A stretch of 62,891 nt of DNA, filler included, from Folioceros fuciformis (taxonomy: Eukaryota), in NCBI GenBank assembly GCA_049999805.1. It is 10 parts of 10 records of this genome, joined end to end, with 100 filler letters (N's around TTAATTAATTAA, not from the genome) between each part and the next. Parts side by side here need not be neighbours in the genome. Positions count along the whole stretch, not along the records: positions 36,693 to 41,816 come from JBNGIO010000891.1; positions 41,917 to 44,423 come from JBNGIO010000892.1; positions 44,524 to 55,723 come from JBNGIO010000893.1; 7 more parts are not named here. One strand, given 5' to 3'. Numbering within the stretch: the stretch's first letter is position 1; each line of letters begins with the position of its first letter. The translations under genes and the position numbers were made by a program. Below the pieces are notes generated by a model. That model saw nothing but the letters and a program-made list of their open reading frames with translations, was not told the DNA's origin and did not search any database. Shown here one piece after another: positions 40,001-49,699 of this stretch.

Positions 40001-40761
40001 GCCCACCGTGGCCAGCTTCTCCAAATTCCATGCTTCGCGCAGAGGCAACCAGAATCCTTCCATGACACATCGCCACAACAGTGGGTCCATCCACAATCCA
40101 GCAGTCTGCATACAACAAGAAGGCCCAACAGTCAACACCCACCTTCCTTTCAACATACACCATCCAACAAGAGCTCAACATCTCACGACCCAACAGCAAC
40201 CTTCAATGATCTTCTCCGGGCTTGCCACAAACTTCTTCTTGTTAGGGGGAAAGCAACCATGCAACGAAATTTCAGCTACCACATCACACTGCTCCTGCTC
40301 GACATCGAGCACCCCCACCAAAACTGACAAGCCTCGTTGCAGCACAACATACGGCTGCACCCTGCAACGACGGCTTGTTCATCAGACCAAGGAAAAGAAA
40401 ACGACAAGGACCATAATCACACCCAAAGCTACCATGGAACAGAACCATACAATCCAGTCTCATGGTCAGCCACCAAGCCAGCAGCCATGAGTCCATCGTC
40501 CTCTGCAAGTGCACAAAGCATGGTCAGAAATCCCGACTGGTCTGCAGAAGGAGCAACTATTCAAACGCGTAGATGCAGCTTACCTTGCAGTCCTGGAAGA
40601 GGAAAGAGCCGCCAAGGCAGAAGACAGTCCCCATTGTGGTCCCAGCAGCCATACCGGAGTTCCACAGGAGGCCCCGGGAGTGCCACTGCCACAACACCCG
40701 GTCCGCAGGAGAATGTTAGAGCATCTCTCTTACGTTTCTTCGCCATCCCCTTCGCACCCAT
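37065..40761 (-). CDS. FANCB: FANCB-like (Fanconi anemia core-complex subunit B), multi-exon
   Basis: Collinear matches to recalled FANCB motifs: VADHETGLVQPYVVLQR (~VSDFRTGINLPYIVIE), WIVDGPTV (~VLNGPLI), LGTVDKTLIRYRNGK, AAWTSVSGVVLSDVRLLGHDQIILFP (~[24 protein letters not shown]), VVTDL, coiled coil LNSLNSRLEAGRLEL..LLEKRRM, C-terminal LQAGTDL. NLS-like KKRKR at the N-terminus. Internal exon boundaries are approximate. Confidence 0.68.
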
Positions 40762-41206
40762 GCTACTTGGGTTCAAGTCTGTTGGGCTGTTGGAGATGTT
40801 GGGTTGTTGCCTCGATCATCGGAACCAACCCACGCAGAACAGCCATCGACCAGGGTCAGCATTCTACCCTTACATGGGTGGGGTGCCTGGGTAGAAGATG
40901 TAAGAGTCAGGTTTCGGTCCTGGGACCCATTGGATGTGGCCATAGGCCATATGCTTCGTTGAAGCCCTTTAACCTTCAATCACCGATAAAAGAAAACCTC
41001 GATCTGCAAAAGCCACCAGGGCCACGTACAACACCAAGGATGCAGATTCCTTTTCGACGTCATGGTCATGCGAATCCCTTACTTTCGAACTGAATTCTTG
41101 GTGGTGGATTTTGGGGGACTACCTTCACATACGAGAAGGGAAACGAGTACTAGACAGGAGAGATCGTGAAAGGACGGAGGTGGGCGGGACTACATTACGA
41201 GACGTC

Positions 41207-41816
41207 TCACGGACGAGCCGTGATGATGAGATTGTAGGCCAGATCGAGAACCTCGAGATCCGGAATGCGGCGGATGGCGTCAGGGACCTGGCCAGAGAAT
41301 CTGTTGTGGTCTAGGCGGAGAACATGGAGGCCCTTGAGCTGCGCGATGGTGGGATCGAGCGGGCCGGAGAGCTGGTTGTACGAGAGGTCGATGGCGTTGG
41401 TGGCTAAAATGGAGTCCTGCTCGATCCCGCTGAAGGGGCTCACGATGAAACGGGACCGGTAGTAGGCCGGGAACGTATCCTTGTACGGAGCCCCGGTTCC
41501 TTGGGTTCGGAGGGTGACGAATCCCGCTGCCAGCTGCTTGAATGGCACGGGGCCGGAGAGGGCGTTCCGTGAAAGGTCCAGGACCTGGAGGGAATGGAGG
41601 GATGCCAGGAAGCTGCCCACGCGTCCGGTGAGGGAGTTGTTGGCCAAGTCCAGGACCTGGAGGCCGGGGAATGCGGCTGCGGAATCGGGGATAGGGCCGG
41701 AGAGTAGGTTTGAGCTTGCGGAGAAGAGGAGCAGGGAGGGGCAGAATGATGGGAAGCGGAGGGGGCCTGAGAGGCGGTTGTTGGAGAGGATGATGGTGTC
41801 GAGGTGGTTGGAGGAG
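41207..41816 (-). CDS. Plant extracellular-type LRR protein, 3' part (5' lost in gap)
   Basis: Repeated LxxLDLSxNxLSGxVP motifs. No TM or kinase domain before the stop at 41207. Confidence 0.75.
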
Positions 41817-41916
41817 NNNNNNNNNNNNNNNNNNNNNNNNNNNNNNNNNNNNNNNNNNNNTTAATTAATTAANNNNNNNNNNNNNNNNNNNNNNNNNNNN
41901 NNNNNNNNNNNNNNNN

Positions 41917-43622
41917 CGTGACTGCTACATATATTCTCAACAGGTTGCTTACCTCAGCTTTGCTTGATCGCACACCTTTTGAAGCGATGTGGTAGCGCAA
42001 GCCCAGTCTCCTTCACCTTCGAGTTTTTGGCTCCCCAGCCTATGCTCTTATCCATCCTGAACAACGTAAGAAACTGGATGATAAAGCACGACCCCTTGTC
42101 TTTGTTGGCTATGGGGAGGAATCCAAAGCTTACAAGCTTTACGACCCGACTTCAAGGAGCCTGGTTTTTGCCCGCAGCATCAGCTTTAGGGAACTTCACT
42201 CTCCTGCCCCTTCCTTCGATGGGCTTGCTTCTGAGTTCCCCTCTCTGCCTATGTCGTTTGCTTCTCTAGACACTGATGCGTATGATTCCCCTGCTGAGTA
42301 TCCCCAGGATGTCTTTTATGAACTGCCTCATGCCTCTCCTAGGCCTGCTGGCCGTTCAGGGGGTGGATTTGTGCAGCCTGGAGCTACATCTCAGCAGCAT
42401 GGAGCTACATCTCAGTAGCCCGGAGCTACATTTCAGCAGCCCGGCACTCAGTCACCACCCACTACGCAGCCTCAATAGCTTGGGTCACAGCCTGGTTCAC
42501 AGCCGTCACCGTCGCTAGCTTCAGTCCGATCTCCTATCACCGTTTCAAGTCCTATCACCGTTTCAAGTCCAGCTAACTCAGATTTACACTTATCTGTTGA
42601 ACAACTTGATGATACTCTCGCCATGGACGTGATAGGTGATGCAGTCTCCGCTGCTGATGAACCTGAGCCTGCAGATCCTGTCATGGATAGTCATGAGACT
42701 CTGGACGTCATGGATGATCCTTCTTCACCTACTTCCGAACATGCGCAAGTGGATGAACAGATTTACACTCACCTCGAGCCTGAACCTGCTGAAGTCGAGT
42801 TGCCTCCTCAATCTGAACCTGTTGAGGAACGCAGATACCCCAGCAGGTCACGCCCATCTCGAGACCAGTGGAATGAACAGCCCTACCAGCCGGAAGACTT
42901 TAGGCAGCCCCGTTCAGCCCGACTTTGTGAAGCCTTCTCCACAAGCACTGTCCATCCTGCTGAGCCACGTACATACAAGGAGGCAGTGAATGGCAATGAC
43001 AAACACCATTGGATCCCTTCTATCCAAGATGAGTATGATTCACTTATTAAGAATGGAACTTGGGAATTATGTCCCTTGCCCGCTGGACGTAAAGCTGTCA
43101 GTTGTAAGTGGGTTTTCAAACATAAGCTCAACATACAAGGAGAAATCGCCAGGTACAAAAGTCGTCTTGTAGCCAGGGGATTTTCTCAAGTTGCTGGTGC
43201 GGATTTTCACGAGACTTTCAGCCCTGTGGTGAAGACACAATCCATCCGAATGATGCTAGCCCTTGCAGCAGCCAAGGACTGGGATCTCGAACAGATGGAT
43301 GTGTCTACAGCTTTTCTGTACGGAGACCTCGAGGAGGATATCTATATGGAACAGCCTGAGGGTTTCGTGGATCCTGCACAGCTTTTTTGTACGGAGACCT
43401 CGAGGAGGATATCTATATGGAACAGCCTGAGGGTTTCGTGGATCCTGCACATCCCACCTGGGTATGTAAGTTGAAGAAAACAATTTATTGTTTGAAGCAA
43501 AGTGCCGGAGAATGGTATAAGTGTATCGACAAGTACTTGAAGTCCATTGGGTTCATCCAAAATCCGGCTGATGCTAACGTGTACATCTACAACAAGGGTG
43601 GTCACATGGTATCAAAGCATGT
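41917..43622 (+). mobile_element. Ty1/Copia pol fragment (integrase C-terminus + RT), frameshifted
   Basis: KLDDKARPLVFVGYGEESKAYKLYDP, EPRTYKEA, KWVFKHK..RYKSRLVARGFSQ, QMDVSTAFLYGDLEEDIYMEQPEGF, KLKKTIYCLKQS. Confidence 0.92.
43307..43448 (+). repeat. 71-bp tandem duplication inside Copia RT
   Basis: acagctttt(c/t)tgtacggagacctcgagg..gatcctgc appears twice and causes a frameshift. Confidence 0.88.
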
Positions 43623-44423
43623 TGTGGAGGCAAAACCCCGGGCACTGATTGCCGAAGGGTCCCACCTTTAGTGGCCACACTTATCCCACTGTCGTTGAGA
43701 CATTGGGTTTCGTTCCCACGAAGGAGCGATGGGGTTCCTTGCTGCTGTGGATGGAGGGTCGGACTTGATCGACTCGATGACGGATTCGAGGGCTCCCCTC
43801 CAGCTCCGATCAGGCGTAGGACAGGCCTCGCTGTCCGGCAGTCAGCTGCACCTCTCTCGGTGCCCACAAACTCACTCCAGTCACTACAACGACTCTAACC
43901 TCTCAGATCTGCGTCTTCCTTCACTCACTTCACTCACTCTCTCGCTCCAGCACCAACACCAGCAACTACTAGCAACCAGCAACGACACCACTACCTTGTA
44001 TACTTCCCTACGGACTCCTCCTACCCGGCAAGAGTCACTAGACTAACCCCAAACAAAAGGAAGAAGGGAACACACTCCCCTCTTGGGTATCTCCTCCCCA
44101 CAACCTTACCAGACGCCATGAGACATGGCCGGCCTACAGCACTTGACCCAGCAAGGAACAAGAGTGGACAGGTCGGGAGGAAGACACACCCTTTACAATC
44201 AAGAGCTAGGGGCAAGCCCCTTCACCCTGGTCATTACACCTTGTGATCCTACCAGACACTATACAACCGGCAACACGTTGCCCGCGATCCTACCAGACAC
44301 TGTACAGCCGGCAACACACGGCAGGTCCTAGACCAAGCAGGGACAGACCACAAGAGCTCAAGAAGAGAGGACCTCCAAGAGCTCACAAAGAGATAGACTG
44401 GCTCCCAAAAGTGAATGACTCCT
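43623..44423 (+). mobile_element. TGTGGAGG-family LTR, copy 3, interrupting Copia RT
   Basis: Starts TGTGGAGGCAAAACCCCGGG, is homologous to copies 1 and 2, and runs to the gap. Confidence 0.78.
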
Positions 44424-44562
44424 NNNNNNNNNNNNNNNNNNNNNNNNNNNNNNNNNNNNNNNNNNNNTTAATTAATTAANNNNNNNNNNNNNNNNNNNNN
44501 NNNNNNNNNNNNNNNNNNNNNNNGCAGAGTACTGTCTCTGAGCACTCAAAATGAAAGATCAA

Positions 44563-44571
44563 AAACCCTAA
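44563..44571 (+). promoter_or_regulatory. Telo-box (AAACCCTAA) upstream of the DnaJ-ZnF gene
   Basis: Exact motif about 70 bp before ATG 44641. Confidence 0.4.
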
Positions 44572-44640
44572 CCCTATTATCGGGCAAGGTTTACAGGAGC
44601 CTCTCACCCCCACCCAGCGCCTCCAGGCCTTTGTGGTGAC

Positions 44641-45053
44641 ATGGAGCCCATCACATCAAGCGAGGTGGCGGGCTTCGGGGTAGGAGCTTTTCTACTGGCG
44701 GCTGCATTTGCAGCCCCAAAGGTTGATCTGTACATAGCCCGTTCGCAGCGCAGGTTGAACCACCCTCTCCATTCCGTGTGACTGTTGTCTTGAACGCCGA
44801 TGAATGGAAATCTGTGCCAACGTTGCTTGCATGCGTGAATGGTCACAGGGCGCTGAAATTGTGTGAAGAATGTGGAGGAGTGGCAATGCTGCCGTGCAAG
44901 GAATGTAAGGGGCTGGGCGAACTCAAGCCTCCCTTTACCTTGTTTCGCAAGGAGGGGCAGCCCAGCGCAGGGCAACCTACTTCTTGTTCTTCGTGCCGGG
45001 GAACAGGCCAGTTGAGATGTAATTCCTGTTTGGGGGCCTCCAGGGGGGGCTAG
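44641..45053 (+). CDS. Small DnaJ-type Cys-rich zinc-finger protein (At3g17668/ENA-like), 2 exons
   Basis: Exon 1 44641-44753 MEPITSSEVAGFGVGAFLLAAAFAAPKVDLYIARSQR. Exon 2 44849-45053 carries CEECGG, CKECKGLG, CSSCRGTG and CNSC. Confidence 0.82.
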
Positions 45054-45106
45054 TGCGTCCTTGGAAAGTACACAGTGCATTGGAGACGCAACCTTGTCCT
45101 GTGTCC

Positions 45107-46750
45107 CTAAGTGTTGCATCCACCACCATCGCTGTCCCGTCCTCGTGTCTTTGTTCCAGCAGGGGAGGGTTTGTCAAGAAAGGCTGGCATTCTCTTCGCG
45201 GTCGTGCTTGGCAACGTTGCAGAAGACCATGGTACGGATTCGGTGTGGGCCTCATCTTCCTCTCCTGGAGGGGTGGATGGTATGTGGATCACAAGAGGTT
45301 GGTCGGCGCAGCAGCTATTCATGGTGCAGAAGGAATTCCCGCATGGCTGATGCGGCGGTGTACCTTCTGGTGAGACATGGAGTGAAATCCTTTCTCCATC
45401 GGAAGTACCTGGGGTCACATCGTGAATGTGCCCGCCTTGTAATGACGGCTCACGTCTGAACACTCCACAACTGTCACACCATTCCACCCAGTCCGAGGAC
45501 AGGTTGGCGGCGCTGCATCGTAGCCGATGTTGCGGTTGTGCCATGTGAAACAGCAACGAAAAATGATTACGGAAACTTACAGAGCAGACCCTGCATTCGA
45601 AGATGTGAGCCAATTGTAACTTGGAATTCAGTCTTAGGACCTGGGAAGTGCACACGGACTCACACCGGGGAATACTTCTGCCTGTTTGCCCGGTAACATG
45701 ATGTGCAAGATGGATTTCCACCTGAAGTGGTTCTCTCAGAATCGTTCCACAAGAATGGCACCAGCCACTGTAGGTCAACAGCTGTTGCGTCCATCGTTCC
45801 CAGTCGCTGACCGTCTGCGAAGCACAGCCCGGCCTGGCCAGACAGTCCAGCATAACTTTCTTGGAGGCCGCCATTCTCGGATCAAACGATATCCGAGAGC
45901 CACTGAGAGGCGGAACTGTCCAGTCGCGAGGAGTGTTGTCCTCATGGACACTGTCTAGCACATGGCGACCGAAAGCAAGCCAGCTCCTGCAAGCAATCAG
46001 GCAGCATGCGCATTTCCACCAGCCTCGGGACTGGTGGTGTTGTGAAAAAGCAGACTCGTGACCTCCTGGCAGCCCCCTGGGCACATTCTGAAGCCCTGCC
46101 TCGGACTCCATGTTGCCCGGAGCAATTCTGGATGCGAGCATCTGGTCATGCCTTGGCGACCGCAAGTGAGCCTCCATCTCCCAGACGAGAAGAAACTTTC
46201 CGCAGCCTTGGCAAAAACACTCCCTCAGACGCTGCACGTGTTCCGCGGACAGCAAATGGCCAACGAAATCATCCACCCCGACACAGGCCTCGTCACACAT
46301 TCTGCAGACTGGCTCAAACTCTGGGTCTGAAGGCCTGACAGGAATCGGCGACAACTCGATAACAAGGGCCTCAACCCGGGCTAGCTTATCAACAGCAACT
46401 TCTGCCATGTGCCAAGAGCTGGCAAGATGCACTTCATATCCGAGCAAATTTGGGAACAACAGGGCACACGAATAACATATCCATCCATGGGCCCCGACTT
46501 CCGTCCCCGGCAAGATACCACTGCGTTTCATCCGTTTGGAGTGGCTCGGATTCTCCCTATGCAGTTTAACGGCCAGTGGCGTGTACAGGTCCACAGAGCA
46601 AGCGACGCAGAAACCACGAAGACCGAAGAGCGCTTGTTTTACATGTTCCTTCCCAAGACACTGCAGATCACAACCCAATGGCACAGATGTCTCGGACGTG
46701 GAGCATTCCTGCATGCTTTCTGCATTTCCAGGTGAAACTGTATTATCCAT
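45107..46750 (-). CDS. 547-aa intronless ORF with about 7-8 U1/matrin-type C2H2 zinc fingers
   Basis: CxxC-x11/12-H-x5-H repeats, e.g. CVAC..HRENPSH, CYSC..HLASSWH, CRMC..HLLSAEH, CQGC..HLRSPRH, C..HVLDSVH, CRVC..HMAQPQH. Confidence 0.7.
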   Translation of the reverse strand: MDNTVSPGNAESMQECSTSETSVPLGCDLQCLGKEHVKQALFGLRGFCVACSVDLYTPLAVKLHRENPSHSKRMKRSGILPGTEVGAHGWICYSCALLFPNLLGYEVHLASSWHMAEVAVDKLARVEALVIELSPIPVRPSDPEFEPVCRMCDEACVGVDDFVGHLLSAEHVQRLRECFCQGCGKFLLVWEMEAHLRSPRHDQMLASRIAPGNMESEAGLQNVPRGLPGGHESAFSQHHQSRGWWKCACCLIACRSWLAFGRHVLDSVHEDNTPRDWTVPPLSGSRISFDPRMAASKKVMLDCLARPGCASQTVSDWERWTQQLLTYSGWCHSCGTILREPLQVEIHLAHHVTGQTGRSIPRCESVCTSQVLRLNSKLQLAHIFECRVCSVSFRNHFSLLFHMAQPQHRLRCSAANLSSDWVEWCDSCGVFRREPSLQGGHIHDVTPGTSDGERISLHVSPEGTPPHQPCGNSFCTMNSCCADQPLVIHIPSTPPGEEDEAHTESVPWSSATLPSTTAKRMPAFLDKPSPAGTKTRGRDSDGGGCNT

Positions 46751-47666
46751 CTCCGTCGTATGACAGTGTCCTAGACAAATTCACACATTGACGAGCTCCA
46801 GTCTGTGGAAATTGAGAGTTAGTGGGCCTGACGTTGCGTTATCACCATTGTGAAGAAAAGGGAGGCACAATCAAGAACCTGGGACACACCAGCGGAAATG
46901 GCTAACAACAGCTTGCATTCGGTGGTTCCCCACTTATCTGACAGCGAGGCGTGTGAAGCCAAGTCGGCCTCGGCCGACCTTTACAAATGGCGGGCAAGCC
47001 TTAGCATGGTAGGTCGACTTGAACCTAACTGCTGAGTCGCTGAACCCGACTGCCACTACTACTCATCAACCAACGGTTCGTCTTCAAGAAACCAAGAAAC
47101 CACCTAGAGTTTTAGGGTAGTGTCTTCTGTAGGATATCAAGGCGTGAAGTCTGATTAAGGTGGAAAGATCTGACATGTCTCATTCATTCTGGACGTGTTT
47201 GCCTGCCTCTAGCACATAGTTGCAGAGAAGCATTGTTCCACGACTCACGACATTCCGCAGCAGCTGGATCTAGCAAGTTCTGCACATATGCAGACGTAAA
47301 AACAGTCCTTGCCAAAAACCCGTGCGAGAAAATCTGCAGCTATCTGGTTGGACTCCTAGAATACATACATGTACATAATTTGTGTAACCTTTAGGACGTA
47401 TGGTTCGGTTCAGGGTGTCAGAAAGTCTGATCACCATCTCCTGTACATCTGCAGTAACAAGGCGGATTGCATTGCATGCCAGAAGTCCTCAACCCTATTA
47501 CAGTACCTACCTGCGCCGAGATCAAACTCGCACTAGAGCTGGCATGACAGGGTAATGTTAGCTCATAGTCCTGTTGCAGGACAGGCCCACGTGCACCCTC
47601 CAAATACAGTAGCTGCATGTCCTCATTCATGCTCTGTTCTCAATTCGACCCTTTCTATCGTGTCGC

Positions 47667-49300
47667 TCAGAATTCCTGATGTGGCTCCTCGGGGGAGAAG
47701 GATGCGAAATGTGAAATAATCTCCTCATACACCTTGATGCCTTTTAGATACTCCTTCACGTTCAGAAACTGTCATCCAACATCGCCATGGATGAGTTAAA
47801 GGTAAGGCTTCGACAACAAGCAGACGAGAGGGTGGATTGCTGAGCAAACCTCATTATGGTCGTGCAGCAAAATAGGTGTGTTAGCCATGGGAGAGAATCC
47901 AAGAGCGGGAATCCCCTCGTCCCTCACATAGCGAGAATCTGTTGCAGCCGGGAAAATTTCTGGCTTGCCAAGCTTGCCGCCAGCTTTCTTCACTGCCACC
48001 TGAAACAAGAGCCACCATGGATTCGAATTGTCCAGGACTGTTATTGGGATCTCTCCACGTCTGTCTCGCACAGGCATCTTCTGCTGGAACTGCCAGGGAA
48101 AAATCAGCGTTAAAAAAATCAACAACCTTAGTCGGGAGAGAGATGAGCTTCAGAGTACAGTAGGACGCCTGTGAAGATGCTGTGCGGGTAAACTTGCCTT
48201 AAACGTCAGATTCCTCGAGGCAGGTGCCCATTCCTCAGATATGATTCGCTCCAACTCTTCAGGGTTAGCATGGGGTGGCACTCTTATATCAAAGCCTGCT
48301 TCTGCTTCAGAAGGCTGCAGGTTCATCACAAACCCCTGAAACACGCCAGTCCATGTCACAGCGCGTGCCCACCGACAAGAGGGCAATTGGAGGGCATCTT
48401 TGCGGAACATGACTAACTGGGAATGCATACCGTAGGAGACGGCGTGCCAGACTTGAGGAACACTGGATTCACTGAGACAACGTCACCCTCTGCAGCTTTC
48501 CCTGCCTTGACGAGGTTAAACTGTTCAGCTCTGTACTTGACGATGAGCTCCAGGCTCTTCTCTAAGTTTTCGATTGCAGAGTTGTCATACAATTTAGACC
48601 CATGCCCTGGTGCCCCCACCGCTTTGATCGTAAGCCACCATGGAGACCGCTCACCATTAAAGACACGGTAGTTTTCGGTCGTAGATGCGAGGCCCTCATC
48701 CAGAGTGAAGCCCACATTCAGGCTCTTGAACTCCGGTGAAGAAACAAACTTCTCAGCACCATCATGTCCACCAATCTCTTCATCCGGTACAAACGAAAGA
48801 TGAACAGAACGTAGAGGCTTGAACCCTCGGTGTTTGAGATTCCGAACTGCTTCCCAGTACTGCATGCCCACGCACTTCATGTCCTGAGACCCCCGTGCGA
48901 AAATATCCCCCTCCTCTGTTCGAAGAGCAGAAAAAGGATGGTGCAGCCATTTCTGCTTCTCGGAAGGTACCACATCAACATGTGAGTTCAGAAGAATCGA
49001 GGGCAAGGATGAATCTTCGCCCTTCCAAGACACCAGCACCACAGGCTTGCCTTTCACAAACTCGATTGAAGTTGTCTCCAAACCACCAACCAAATCCGCT
49101 TGAGCCAACAAAAAGTCAGTTGATTTCGAGTAGTCAGGATTGGGATGAGATGTGTCTATTTGCAGATATGACCTGAACCTCTCGATAGCCTCCTCCTCCT
49201 GCTCACTGTGCTTCAAGCCATCAGTGTGGTGCTGCTGCGAGGAAGATAAGCACAGGACCAGGACGGTCACGACACAAGCCAGTCGGCCATAGCCACCCAT
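47667..49300 (-). CDS. ACY1: Aminoacylase-1 (M20 peptidase), signal peptide, 4 exons
   Basis: LLNSHVDVVP, IFARGSQDMKCVG, VPDEEIGG, GFVMNLQP, IFPAATDSRY, TPILLHDHNE, C-terminal HQEF*. In-frame upstream ATGs at 49318 and 49381 are alternative starts. Confidence 0.94.
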
Positions 49301-49699
49301 CTTCACAAAAATTCCCATCAACTTTCCACCACCTCCTGAGGTCCACAGCAGAGCATGTCCTGCCGGCACGACCCGTCTCATGCAGCATCGTGGCTCTGCA
49401 CTTTATACGCTTTAGGAAAGGGCTGATACGGTTTCGTTCTATGCTATGTACAGTGCGTCCACGTGTCGGGGTCATAAAGAGGATTTGAGGACATACTATA
49501 TTTTCCCCTATCAAATTTGTGTTGTGCAACGACCTGGTTGTGTGGCAGTCGTTGACGTGAAATGCAGGGACGGGAGCTTGGATTTCATCTGGAAGACGGG
49601 GCACAGCAGCAAACACAGGCGCCTCTTCCGTACGTCAGCTCTGATTGTGAATTGAGAGTGGGTTAAGTGAGTTCATTACTTCAAAGTGATCTGACACAG

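Noticed and set aside
40509-41093. + strand ORF with a helical-looking stretch
   Set aside because: Overlaps the first FANCB-like exons on the opposite strand, which have the better motif support.
43607-43618. PBS-like TGGTATCAAAGC
   Set aside because: Overlaps RT codons and precedes rather than follows an LTR, so it is probably coincidence or a junction artefact.
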